This document shows, piece after piece, positions 44,129 to 56,970 of a stretch of DNA of 64,000 nt; the first letter of the stretch is position 1; every line of letters starts with the position of its first letter. Made by a program: the position numbers and the translations under genes. Below the pieces are notes generated by a model. It saw only the letters and a list, made by a program, of their open reading frames with translations. It searched no databases and had not been told where the DNA came from. Location of the stretch: the NCBI RefSeq assembly GCF_009914755.1, contig NC_060939.1. The stretch is one strand, 5' to 3'. The stretch comes from the human T2T-CHM13v2.0 reference genome, Homo sapiens.

Positions 44129-46319
44129 TCCCTTTTAAGATGATAAGCTCACAAGACCACAGGCTTGCCTCTAATTGTGTGTGTTTCCACTGCCCCCTTG
44201 ATTTTATAAAACCTGTATAGAAATCTAAACATATTGTTGCTGCAATACAGTTAAAAAGAGCGGGGGAATTGAAATCTGAAAACTTGCGTTCAAATTCTGG
44301 GCTTTCTCTTTGGCTTTGGTACTTATTTAGCTGTGTGAGCTGGAGCAAATTGAATAACTTGTCTGTGAGCCACGGTTCCTTGTATATAAAATGTGGACAT
44401 GAGAGAAGGTATAGGAAGATACCTTCTAATCTGTTAATGCACCTTAGAAGTGACAGACTTTTCTTGTTTTTCTTTGCCTATTAACCAGAATTTTGTTTTC
44501 TCACCAGTGGGTCACTGGAGAAGGAAGCTGTGTTATAATCCTTTCAGTGCTGCTGAATATACTGATAATGGAAAAATAAACAGGGGTGCACTGGTTTTCT
44601 GGCCTGTAAACCAAAAAACAGTTTTCAGTGCCAAAAGCTGTGTTTGTCTTGCAAGGCCAAGAATGTTTCTGCAGTGTAGGACAGCTTCAGATCCCACTGA
44701 ATCTCTTGGGTAATCACATGGTTTTGGTTTAGGTTCAGTTGTTTATAGGGCTAGCTTTGCTTACTGTGCTCAGTTTCTGCTGTAGTAAAATAATGTAGGC
44801 TGGCTGGAGGTGGTCTCTGTTCAGGGTTATTATGAACTGGCCTTGTTCTTCCAGTGTGCAGGCCCTGGCTAATCAGAGAAGTGTACCTGTCCCATAGCTA
44901 GGCTCTGGAAAGACCTTCAAGCATGGCATGTGAACTGGGCCCTGGCTCCTCCCCACCAGGTCCATTTGGAGTCAGTGGTTTCTAAATGGTGGCAGTGAGT
45001 GCTTTGCTCTGGCCCTCAGCCTTCTTAGCTTTCTTTACCACTGTAGAGCCAGGTAGCTAAAATAATCTGCCCTGTTTTTCTTCCTTATGAGGACATTTTC
45101 TGGAATTTTTATCCCACCTTATCCATTCTTCTGAAAAACTTGTCTTCAGACCTCATTTTTCTAACTCCCAGATAACCAGAACCTACATGCAGAGGTCTAG
45201 GAGATCTCTACCCTGCAAGCAGAGGTTCAGAAAAGGAGCAGAGTGAGCAAATGCAGATACCATTGTTCTGTTCCCCTGTCTAACACCCCCTGTAACTCCC
45301 AGTTGCCAAATTCAGACTCCTTTCTTTGGTCTGTAAAGCCCAGCCTGATGGGTTCCTGCGCCCTCTCCAGCTTCTTCCTGTGCCTCACACACTGAATGCC
45401 TCGAGTACTCACATTTCCAGGGACTTGATAACCTCTGGACTTTTGACGGTGCAGTTTCCTTGCCAATGCTCCGCAAGAATTTCTTCCCAATTTAATCAGT
45501 GTAATTAACCAAAAAAACCTCGATGAAGGTAGAGCACTAAGAAGGAAGTAGGTAACTGTTAAAAGATTTTATGTCTGGAAAAAATGCCCCCTTTTTTTTG
45601 TATTTGCAATATTCCATTACAAAAACAAAAACAAAAAAAGGCAAGACTAAGATATGATAAAGGGTTCCAACTGTCAAAGTCATGCATGCTCAGAGGATGG
45701 AGAGGTTCCTGTGGTCTGCTGTAGGACAGTTTTTCCCTCCTGACTGTTTCACTATGGCCTTGAGGACCCAGAGAGTGGAAGAAGGTCACGGAGAATGGAT
45801 GGATATCCTAGGGACTGGAAGAGCATGGTGGCTGGTACTGGGTATCCTTGTTGAACTCCAGGAGGGATCTGAGGTTGTTGAAGTGGCTTCACCTTGTTGG
45901 GCACCTGAAGACGTCATTACAAATCAAAGATCTTCTGGATTTGATGGTGCACTGCTGAGTGTTGGATTATGAGATCACAGTGAGTGTGTGGCACAAACAC
46001 ACTTTCTATGATCAGCTTGATACGTTTCTAGCTGTGACACCTTATTAAAGCGTGGGTCACTAGCCTGGAAATAACTAAGACTGGTATAACAATAAAGCTG
46101 TCATGTATTGACTGTTTACTGCATACCAGGCACTGTTCTAAGTACTTTGTGCATGAACTAAGTTAATCTTATGACAATCCAGGGGGCTTGAGGTTACCTT
46201 AAAGGTTCACCTTTTCAAAATTCTACCTTTTTTTTTAAGAGATGGGGTCTCGCTATGTTGCCCATGCTGGTCTTGAATTCCTGGCCTCAAGTGATCCTCC
46301 TGCATTGGCCTCCTAAAAA

Positions 46320-47221
46320 ACTCCCACACACGTAAAGCAGCTTTTCAGTTTGTGGACACCAGCTTGGGTGCCCTAAAGTTCAATTCAATTCTGACTGGAA
46401 TTAGTGTAGACCCCCCAGGTTAAGGAGGCTGCCCCCCCAGTTCAGATGCCAATCGAAAGTAGTAGGTCTTTAGGTTGCCCCTAATTGTTGTCTGACTTGG
46501 CTACGAATTGGAAGTTCTCATGACCACCCTCTTGGGATTGATGATTTGCTAGACTGGCTCACAGTTTACTTACTAGATTACCAGTTTATTAGGAAGGATA
46601 TATTTATTAAAGGATACAAATGAACAGACAGACAAAGAGGTGATACACAGGGCTAGGTCTAGAGGGTCCCAAGCACAGGAGCTTCAGTGCCTGTAGAGTT
46701 GGGTGCGCCACCCTCTGGCATGTGGATGTGTTCTTGTTCACCAACCTGGATGGTCCCTGAACACATCTTTCTGGATTTTTATGGAGGCTTCATTACATAG
46801 GCATGGTTGATTAAATCATCGGCCATTGGTTATCAGCTCAACTCTCAACCCATTTCCTCTCCACTTGATCTTAGCCAAAAGGCCGAGAAGCGATTCCCAT
46901 TTCCTCTCATCTTTCCTGGGGGAGGTGGGGGAGGTATGCTGAAAATCCCAACCCTTTAATCCTGTGGTTGCTTGCTGTGGTAACCAGCACCCCATCTTGT
47001 GGTTATCTAGGGGCTTTCCACAAATCACCTCATTAGCATAAACTCCGGTGTTGTGGAAGGGGCTTGTTAGGAATAACAGAAGTCACTTCTTTCACCTTTA
47101 TTGGCCTGGAGCTGCTCCAGAGCTGTTTCAGGACAAAAGACCAAATATTTTAACAAAAGATAAGCTATGAGTGAGGAATTGTGGAAGAAGACCAAAATAT
47201 GTATTTCTTATTATATCACAA
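46320..47221. mobile_element. MER21-like ERVL LTR
   Basis: tggacaccagcttgggtgcc...ttcaattcaattctgac, ggctcacag...ttattaaaggatac, cctcattagcataaactc, gaccaaaatatgtatttcttattatatcaca. Confidence 0.7.
46862..46894 (-). pseudogene. 3'-truncated (tailless) U2 snRNA retropseudogene, nt 1-33
   Basis: Reverse complement ATCGCTTCTCGGCCTTTTGGCTAAGATCAAGTG equals the 5' end of U2 snRNA; 13-bp TSD cccatttcctctc (46849-46861 / 46896-46908). Confidence 0.93.
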
Positions 47222-49374
47222 CTATACTTTGGTATTTCTGTGTTTTTCATTTTACTTCTTTGAGTTTAGTGAGATGTCATGAATTTTTTTTTTTCAGTCA
47301 AGTTTCCTGATTATATTGGTCAGGTTTCTTTTGACTGTAAGTGACATAATGCATTCTAAACTAGCTGAAGCCAGAAGTGGAATTTGTGGATCACCATATT
47401 CTGGCTTACATAACCAGACCAAGGGAAGGACATGGGTATGCTGGCCTCTGGTACAAATGAAACCAGGACTTTTTTTCCATCTTTCCCTGTCATTGGTGCC
47501 ATCTTTGTTTCCTTGGGCTACTTTTTGCTGTTCAACAGGAAACAATGTCCATCAGTAGCTCCTGGCCTCACATTTTATAACTTCATCAGTAGAGAGCTTC
47601 TTCCCTTAATTCCAATTTGAAAATCCTGGGGAAAAACCAAGATGGGCCTGGCTTGGAAACACCTGCCCACCCCAGCAGCCAGTGGACGACCTCTGCGATG
47701 GGCAACAACTTTCACAGAACAGGATAGTTGCAATGAGGGGGAGCGCCCCTCAGAGGAGGTGAGGGTACTGATCAGAACAATAGCTGTCCCTGCACTGGGG
47801 TTCAGCCAAGGCCCCAAAACGCTTTTTCAGCATAAGAATTAATACTACTTTTATATGTAATGATAGTTTTTATTCCTAATCTTACCCTGAGGCAGTTTGT
47901 ATTCTGAATTGTTAGAGAACTTTTCCACTTACTCTGTTTGCTAAGAGAAGAATAGGTAATTTGTAGGAAAATTTCAACAAGGCTTCCCAGTTGACGTTCT
48001 CCCTTACTTCGTGTAGCCTGCCTAAGAGATATTTAATTACCCTGCATTGCTCATCACTTCTCATTTTACCCTGTCCTTAGAGAAGAGTGGAAGACTGTTC
48101 TCAAAGCAGTGATTCAGGGACTAAGGCTCCTTCTATCTGTGGCTCTTTTATCTTCAACATATGGTTGCCAAGGTTGCCATGCTTGTCTATATGGACAAGC
48201 TCCCAAAAGGAGAAAAGAGCATGGAGGGTCATGAGTGAGAGGTTTTTAACGGCCAGGTCTAGAAGTGGTCCATGTCAGTTTACTTACTTTCCATTGGCCA
48301 CATGGCCACACTTCACTGAAGGCTGGGAAATATGATCTAGCTGTGTGCCCAATAAGAAGAGGAACTGAGTTTCAGCAGCCAGCAAGCCAGCCTCTGCCAC
48401 AGCTTCTTTGGTAACATTTGTTGCTTCCCCTTTTCCCCTTTGCCATGCATAATAGTTGTGTAGTTTGGGTGGGATTGAGCTCATTTCCAGCTCTAGGGTG
48501 GGCCCCAGCAACATCCTTGCCTCATTTATTGGTTCAGTAATAGATACATAACCCAGGCCCAAGCTGAGCAGGACATGGAATTCATCTGGTCCCAGTTACT
48601 AATTCAGGGGCAGGCATGTCATAGAAACTGTCCCAATCAGACTATGGAGTGGTTGGGGGAAGATGTTCCTCCCACCTCCCTCACAGCCCCCCACAGTGAG
48701 GACAAAGCCAACTCCTGGGTGAGAACAGGCTTAGAGAATTGCAAACCCGTATTGTGAAGTCCTACCAAACCTTTCCTGAAGCTCGCAAGAGCTGACCCTG
48801 GACTCTGCGTTAGCATGAGGCAGTAAATCCACTCTATCGCCTAATACTTTAAGATTAATTTTCTTGACTTGCAACCACAAGCATCCTGGCTGATACAACC
48901 AATGAAATGGAAGAGGAATAGGGAGAGAGAAAGGATACAATCTGAATCTCTAAGTTCTGCTTCCGTTCATTGCTGTCAGTTCTATGATGTTTCTTTGAAT
49001 ACTTGAACACAACCAAGTTGGGTCTGAATGGATGTATCTTAGTTTCACTTCCCCATTCTCTGGAATTAGAGTGGGGATAATTACATTTTTTAATATTCTT
49101 TTTTTTTTTTTTTACCTTTAGACAATGTTTTCTCTCTGGATTGAATGATACATAGTTTCTTTGAAGAATACATTATGACATTTTATTTCTCTTCCACCAT
49201 AATGGAATCATATGGACTCAACATAGTCCATATGATTTTTTTTCCTGTTTTGTTTTAGTGACTTTTCTAAAGTTTGTCTTTCCATCTAGGAAGTATATAG
49301 AATACATTTATCTTACACATTGCAGTATGCATTTGTTTTATAGCTGGGTATTATCTCTATATTACTATAGGACT

Positions 49375-49664
49375 TTTTTTTGTTTTTTGTTTTGAAACAG
49401 GGTCTTGCTGTGTCACCCAGACTGGAGTATAGTGGCATGATCACAGCTTGAGCTCCTGGGCTCAAATGATCCTCTCACCTCAGCCCCCTGAGTAGCTGGG
49501 ACTGCTGCCATGCACCACCACATCTGGCTAATGTTTTAATTTTTTTGTAGAGAAAGGTTCTCACTATATTGCCCAGGCTGGTCTTGAACTCCCGGACTCA
49601 AGCAATCTTCCTGCCTTGGCCTCCCAAAGTGTTGGGATTACAAGTATGTGCCACTGTGCCCAGC
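49375..49664 (-). mobile_element. AluJ-type SINE
   Basis: Antisense dimer; tattactataggac / tattacaggaac flanks. Confidence 0.88.
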
Positions 49665-50335
49665 TGTTATTACAGGAACTTTTAATATTTTGAGTTAAAT
49701 ATTCCAGGCCATTTTAGAATTTGAATAGCTTGTCAAATTTGTTGATTTTATAGCACCTCCGTCTTGAAAAATATGCCCCCTGGTGTTCCTAAAAGAACAT
49801 TTTGAGAGAATTATATGGTATTTAGTAAGGCAATTAGAAATCACCAAGTATTTAGGGACTATTGCTTAAGAAGCTAATTTGCACAATCAGAATTCATTAG
49901 CCCAGGACACAGACACCTTATACACCTGTGGTGACAAATGAAAACTGTGAAAGTCCAATCTGATTCATTCCTCTCAGAATATGGAGGACAGGAGAGTGGG
50001 GACAACCTCAGCATTAGGACTGCCCTCTCTCGTTTTGTTTCAAAAAGAGTTTAAGTAACTTAAAAAATACATATAATAAGTTTAAAAAAAAAAGGAAATT
50101 GGGCCAAGGGAACATGGCGAGAACTGACCAATTAAGTCAGGAGTGAGGTCAGTATGTGGAAACACATGCCACAGGGGCATGCATGATTGCCATGGGGCTG
50201 GGTCACACGTTCGGCTCTGAGCTTCCACAGCCTCACCAAATACGAAAACAGTTCCAGAATTCTGGAGATTTAAAAATGGCAAATGACTCAGGAGAAGTAC
50301 AGTTTCTGAGCTCAGACCTAAAGAAATTATTCTCT

Positions 50336-50535
50336 CAGGAAGGGGAACATCACACTCTGGGGACTGTTGTGAGGTGGGGGGAGGGATAGCATTAGGAGAC
50401 ATACCTAATGCTAAATGACGAGTTAATGGGTGCAGCACACCAGCATGGCACATGTATACATATGTAACTAACCGGCACATTGTGCACATGTACCCTAAAA
50501 CTTAAAGTATTATTATAATAATAATAATAATAAAA
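50336..50535 (+). mobile_element. Heavily 5'-truncated L1PA (L1PA3-like), about 200 bp of 3' UTR
   Basis: caggaaggggaacatcacactctgggg...atgctaaatgacgagttaatgggtgcagcacaccagcatggcac...cctaaaacttaaagtat followed by (AAT)n; TSD-like aaagaaattattctc / aaagaaagtattctc. Confidence 0.9.
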
Positions 50536-51829
50536 GAAAGTATTCTCATGGGTCCTTTCAGAGGGACAAGGTTCTGAACAATGTTGCCATCATAAATGTG
50601 GTGGTGAATGTCTCTCAGTGCAAGCTGAGGGCAGGATGCCATACACAGATTCCAGGTGGGGCTAAAGTACATGGTCCAGGCACTCAGTTAGTTTGATTTG
50701 GGAATTAACATTTAGTCTACCTGGAAGAATGTGGTATTACCCATTTTTAATCTTGGCCAATTTTATTTGCATTAAGTTGATTTGAAACGGATATCAGTCT
50801 TTGTCCATATGTTTATCAACCATTTGTAATTTTTTTTATATTGTCTATTACTTTGGCTGTTTTCCTATTGGAGAAATAGAGTTTTTCTTCTTGTGTAGAT
50901 TTTTTAAAAGTTAAGAATGTTAATCTTTTTGTCATGTGTGGTGAATAACTTTTTTTTTTTCCCTGGTTTGCCTTTTAAACTTACCCCTGGTAAACATTTT
51001 TAGGATTGCTCACTGAAATAGGAGGGAATTAGGCTACTGTATTGCGAGTGGGAGGATGAGATTAGGGCATGTATATGATGTCCCTTCTGGCATTAGAGAC
51101 TTTTGACATGTACTTGAGAAGAGGGAATATTTGGAATTTGGACTAGTCCCTACGAAGAGGAGAGGAGGAGTGGTTGGGGACATGGAGAAAGCACCTTCGG
51201 CAGCACTTGGTGTCCAGCTGTGGTGGGACATTGTGCATTTAATTACCATTCTGCAAGCTGTGTGATCTTCAGCAGTGTTTGGCCATTCTTCTGTACATGG
51301 GTGAAAGATAGACAGTTAGATTGATCTGGAATTGGAGTTTTGCATTTCGCAGAATGTCCAGTAGCTACTGATGAGAGAGCAAAAGTGTGGGATGTGGGTT
51401 TGGGTTTGATAGAAGGGAAAAGCATTAGAGGGGGACTAGGAGAACAGATGATATAGGGCCAGGCAGTGTCAGTTAAAGGGGCCAAATGATTATATGCTTA
51501 GAGCAGTGCCTAATAGGTGGAGCTTCTCAACACGATTCAGCATGGGTGGTGGTGGTAAGTGAAGACTGAAGAAGCAGCCAGCCACAGTAGCACAAAAGCA
51601 GGCAAAACAGATCTGTGCTGTTAGAATTCAGCACAGTGGTACTGGGAGGGGACACAGGGCGGCTTCTAGTATGCCGGTAATGTTGCTTCTTGATCTGGGT
51701 GCTGGTTATACAGGTACGTTCAGTTTGCAAAAATAAATCTATTAGTACAGTTACGCTATATGTACTTTCTGTGTATGTTCAATAAAATGTAAAAAATAAT
51801 GAAAGAGAGCACATACTTCGGTGCCCCAC

Positions 51830-52030
51830 CACATTGTTTTCAGATCTCAGCTCTGCAACTTTATAGCTGTGAGACCTTGGGCAAATTACTTAACCTGTTT
51901 GTGCCTCAGATTTCAAGTCATATAAAATGAGAATAATACGTACATCACAGGAGTGCTGGGAGGATTAAATGAGTCTCCCAATAGTGTTGAGTACATAGTA
52001 AATACTCCCAGAGTGTTGCCTATTATTATT
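51830..52030 (+). mobile_element. MIR SINE
   Basis: tagctgtgagaccttgggcaaattacttaacctgtttgtgcctcag...aaaatgagaataata. Confidence 0.75.
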
Positions 52031-53342
52031 TTTTAAATAATTATTATAAATGCGAATATGTATGAGGGAGAACTGATGAATTGGAAATTTGTGGTCAGAG
52101 AGAGCTCTTGGACATTCTGCCAAATGACATTCCTAAGTATGGCCATACAGTGGTGCCTGTAGTGGAGTGGGGTTGGACTGCAGCTCATAGTCAGAATTAA
52201 AGGGAAGGGTGAGGTGGTTGTGTTGCCATATGAACCTTGACCTTGCCCAGGGTGATGGTAGTACTTGGAGTGAGCTTGAAGCACTGAGGTCCTTAATGAA
52301 TGTGAGTGACTTAGAGGTCAAGAGAAGGTGGCAGGGGTGGCATTGCTGTGTGTTATGAGCCTCAGGGTATCTAGGAGTGACAGTGGGAGAGTCAGAAGCT
52401 GGCTCCCTCTAATAGGGAGTGGTCTGGGCAGCTGTGGCCTTTGCAGAAAGTCCTATTCCAGGACTTTCCCTACAGTGTCTGTGCCTGCATAGTCAGTGGC
52501 TCAGGGAGGGATCAGAAGCCAGGGAACTTTGCAGTGTTGTGATGGTGAAATATGGGTTAATTATATTTGCTTCAATATATTTTCAGAATTCCACGTGCTG
52601 ATACCCGTAATACTCTGTCAGACCCCATTACTGCCTTTCTCCTTGAACCTTAGCTATATCTGCTTCCCCTCACCAGACCCTTCCTCCATACTGTGTAACT
52701 CATCCCCCACCCCCAGTTCAGTTGGAGAAAGTTGAAGTCATTCTAGTTCCACACTCTGGGCCCCATTTTTAATAACCGGACCCTGTGGCTGTGGACACAT
52801 TCCCATTTTAAATTCTGCTACCAGGTATAGGTCTTGCTCTTATACCTTATCCTGGCTACCTGCCAGTACTCCAGCTTCCCCACAGCTGAGGTCTTCTTTG
52901 CATTCGGCCAAACCCTTTTCTGACTCCAGGCCCCAAGGGTGCGAGCCTATCACCTGATATGAACTTCCTCCCTCCTCTAGTCTGCCTGAATCCTCCATTA
53001 CCACCTTCATCCCACCCTATTCCACCTTGCCCCTGTCTGCTGAGCCATCTGCATTTGCTGAACCTCGCTAAGGCATAGTCTGCCAACATTGTCTGCTGGG
53101 GGTACAGAGAGAGCCTCCCTCTCCCTGTGTCTCGAGTTCAGCACCTATTCCACCTTAGTAAGCCTGTGAGGCTTTCCAGGCATCTCTCCCAAGCTGGTCT
53201 GTCCCTTGTCTTCAGGGCTCCTGTTCTGACACTGGGCCCATGGGAGGTACAAGTTTTGAGTCCTGTAAAAAGAAAAAAGAAGGAAGTGTCCTTCACACAA
53301 CTTCTGACCTTTTTCTTCACTTCCTGGTGTGTTAGTGTGTAA

Positions 53343-53357
53343 GAGAGAGAGAGAGAG

Positions 53358-53390
<33 letters not shown>
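53343..53390. repeat. Compound (GA)9(GT)15 microsatellite
   Basis: Directly visible. Confidence 0.95.
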
Positions 53391-53392
<2 letters not shown>

Positions 53393-53909
53393 TGTTTAGG
53401 GTCTGAGGATATTCAAAGTGGAAAAGGGTATAAGAGCTAGGTAATTTTTATTTTGTGACTAGGCAAAGGCAGTCTAAAAAACTGACCTATGGAGACAATT
53501 TTAGTTCTCTTCTACCTGTTAATGTAAGAGATGTAAAAACTAAAGTCTTTCTTTTCAAAGTGACTACTAGAAAATCCTTTTGGACTGTAGGTAATACAGA
53601 ATGTTTATAATCAGACCAACAAAATACTATTCCTACACATTGTTTTCTATGACCTAGAAATAAGGATGTTACAGATCCTTCTTTGTAATGGAATTTGTTG
53701 TCCTAAGATCATACCCATTGTAAAATTTAGGACTTTTCGTTGGTAAATAATAAAATTTGTGGAAAGAAGTACTCACAAGGATTTCAGGCTGGAGAAGGGA
53801 CTATTGGCCATTGTATTTTTCCTGGCCAGTTTTCATCAAAAGTTTAGATTTTCTCCGGACTGTGGTAGGTTATCTTGTCTGTTATGACAAAAACTAACCA
53901 AACAAAAAA

Positions 53910-54540
53910 CAAATGTCACATGCTGTTAGCAGGAATGTAAATTAGCAAGATTACTTTGGAAAACTGTTGGCAATATTTACTGAAGTTGAAAATATGCATG
54001 TTCTCTCACCACCAGTTCTACTTCCAGTTATATAGCCAGCAGAAATGTGTAGATATATTCACCAAAAGTCACTACTAGAATGTCCATTGTAGTATTAGTC
54101 GTACTAGCTAAAAACTAGAAATAACCCCATAGTTCATCAGAAGAATAAGCTGTAATATAAGCATATAATGAAACACTTTATAGCAATGGAAATGAAAGAT
54201 CATTGCTACATGCAACACCATGCATGAATTTCATAAGCATCGTGTTGAGTGAATGAAGCCAGACAAAAAAAGATTACATGCTATATGATTTAGTTTATAC
54301 AAAGTTCAAAATCAGGCAGAACTATGGTGTTGGCAGTTAGGACAGGGCTCACCTTTGAGGAAGGGGAGGGGTAGTGATTTGGAGAAGGCTTGAGGGCTTT
54401 TGAATGTTCTATTTTTGACCTAGGTGGTAATTATATGGGTGAGTTCACTTTGTGATAATTAACCAAGCTGCACACTTAGGGTTTATATTCTTTTCTGTAA
54501 GTATGTTAACCTTCAATAAAAATGTCCATCAAAAAAACTT
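53910..54540 (+). mobile_element. Old L1 (L1ME-like) 3' end
   Basis: gaatgtaaattagc...ctttggaaaactgttggc, gttgagtgaatgaagccagacaaaaaa, ttcaataaaaa. Confidence 0.7.
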
Positions 54541-55838
54541 TCAGTGTTTATTATACTTGAGCCACATGTTCATATGCACCTGTCCCTTCTGGTCTTAGGG
54601 ACTTAGCATGTGCTTTAGCCTCAGTCTCAAACAGTTTGACTTCCTTTTTGCAAAATAATACTCATCATTTTGGAAACCTTATCTGATAAGCTGCTTCCCT
54701 CTCTTCCTTACACACAGAAGGGAGTGTGTAGTTTCCCTGTTATATCCTCTGTGGGCACCATGTCCTGAACCACAGCTAGGAGTTCACATGTCTGTGTGTA
54801 TTTGATTGCCTCTCCTGATGTTTAAACTTGAGGACGCTGGGCCTATTTATGCCAGTCATTATGTCTCTAGGGACCACTACAGTGCCTACACTCATTGGTA
54901 TTTGTCAAATGAATGAACTGACTTCAAAGGGAACAGTCTTTTTTTCTGTCACCCATTTCAACTTTTAATTAGGGTTAGTAGGAGGTTGGAGCCCCTGTGA
55001 GGTTGCATGGAACATTTTTGAGATAATAGTGACTTTAATAGCCTTAAAGTATGACCTGTAGGAAAACTCAGCTGAAGGAGGGGAGCAGTTATTGGCTAAT
55101 CAGTGTCCCTTAACCTAGTTCTGTGTTTCCCCCTAGTGGTGTTCCTGAGAGTGAAGTTTATATATGATGACTTCATTTGTTCTGGCTTTTCTCATGACAA
55201 TCCTAAGGTCAAGTCTATTTTAAGTCTGAGAAATATGTCCTGGAAGTTAGTTTCAGAGTCCCTATTTCCTTTTTCTCTCCTTTGTATTGAAATCTTGGCT
55301 GTCCTCCCCATTCCCTCCTTCCAAACTGTTCTTAGAAACGACTTTGCAAGTATCATAAATATCCTCTATGTTGATTTTTCTCTGAACTTTAGCTGTTCTT
55401 TTTCAGTTAGATATGGGGAAGTGGCACGTTCTCACTCACCATTCTAACCTGACAGAATTAAGCCAAAAGCAATGTTCAGATTGGCCCAGTAGGAAGACGA
55501 ATTGAAGATGAGACATTTACATTACACTTTATTTGCTGGATGATTTTTGTAGGGTTTTTTTCTTCTTGTGTAATGTTGTTAGAAGACAGGTTTGGAGCCA
55601 GAGAGTACTGGTCCAAAACTCAACCCTGTCTCTCCCTGCTTTTTGACCTTTGGCAAGTTTCATAACCTTTCAGGGCCCTAGCTTTTTCTTATTTGTAAAG
55701 TGGTGGTAGTTGTCCAGTTTTAATTAAATTTTGAATGTAAAATGGTCTGTCAATGTGTAAAAAATTATAAAACACTCAATAAATTGCAGTTGCCTAAAAG
55801 GGAAGCTTCAACTTTATTGTTAGAAAAATAATGGTTTT

Positions 55839-56970
55839 CCTAGAAGAAGACCTAGGCATTACCATTCAGGACATAGGCATGGGCAAGGACTTTATGTCTA
55901 AAACACCAAAAGCAATGGCAACAAAAGCCAAAATTGACACATGGGATCTAATTAAACTAAAGAGCTTCTACACAGCAAAAGAAACTACCATCAGAGTGAA
56001 CAGGCAACCTACAAAATGGGAGAAGATTTTCGCAACCTGCTCATCTGACAAAGGGCTAATATCCAGAATCTACAATGAACTCAAACAAATTTACAAGAAA
56101 AAAAACAAACAACCCCATCAAAAAGTGGGCGAAGGACATGAACAGACACTTCTCAAATTAAGACATTTATGCAGCCAAAAAACACATGAAAAAATGCTCA
56201 CCATCACTGGCCATCAGAGAAATGCAAATCAAAACCACAATGAGATACCATCTCACACCAGTTAGAAAGGCAATCATTAAAAAGTCAGGAAACAGCAGGT
56301 GCTGGAGAGGATGTGGAGAAATAGGAACACTTTTACACTGTTGGTGGGACTGTAAACTAGTTCAACCATTGTGGAAGTCAGTGTGGTGATTCCTCAGGGA
56401 TCTAGAACTAGAAATACCATTTGACCCAGCCATCTCATTACTGGGTGTATACCCAAAGGACTATAAATCATGCTGCTATAAAGACACATGCACACATATG
56501 TTTATTGCAGCACTATTCACAATAGCAAAGACTTGGAGCCAACCCAAATATCCAACAATGATAGACTGGATTAAGAAAATGTGGCACATATACACCATGG
56601 AATACTATGCAGCCATAAAAAATGATGAGTTCATGTCCTTTGTAGGGACCTGGATGAAATTGGAAATCATCATTCTCAGTAAACTATCACAAGGACAAAA
56701 AATCAAACACCGCATGTTCTCACTCATAGGTGGGAATTGAACAATGAGAACACATGGACACAGGAAGGGGAACATCACACTCTGGGGGCTGTTGTGGGTT
56801 GGGGGGAGGGGGGAGGGATGGCATTAGGAGATATACCTAATGCTAAATGACGAGTTAATGGGTGCAGCACACCAGCATGGCACATGTATACATATGTAAC
56901 TAACCTGCACATTGTGCACATGTACCCTAAAACTTAAAGTATAATAATAATAGAATAAAAAAAAAAGAGG
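55839..56970 (+). mobile_element. 5'-truncated L1PA (L1PA3-like), about 1.1 kb, with a disrupted ORF2 C-terminus and 3' UTR
   Basis: ORF2 peptides in three frames ([25 protein letters not shown]; [26 protein letters not shown]; HRMFSLIGGN*), G-rich 3' UTR, A tail; 14-bp TSD aaaataatggtttt (55825-55838 / 56971-56984). Confidence 0.95.

Noticed and set aside
46862-46894. Functional U2 snRNA gene
   Set aside because: Only the first 33 nt are present; the Sm site and 3' stem-loops are missing, no snRNA promoter context is evident, and it is flanked by a TSD.
55831-56740. Three ORFs resembling a retroelement protein C-terminus
   Set aside because: They are frameshifted or stopped pieces of L1 ORF2 in a 5'-truncated, non-autonomous L1PA, not a gene.
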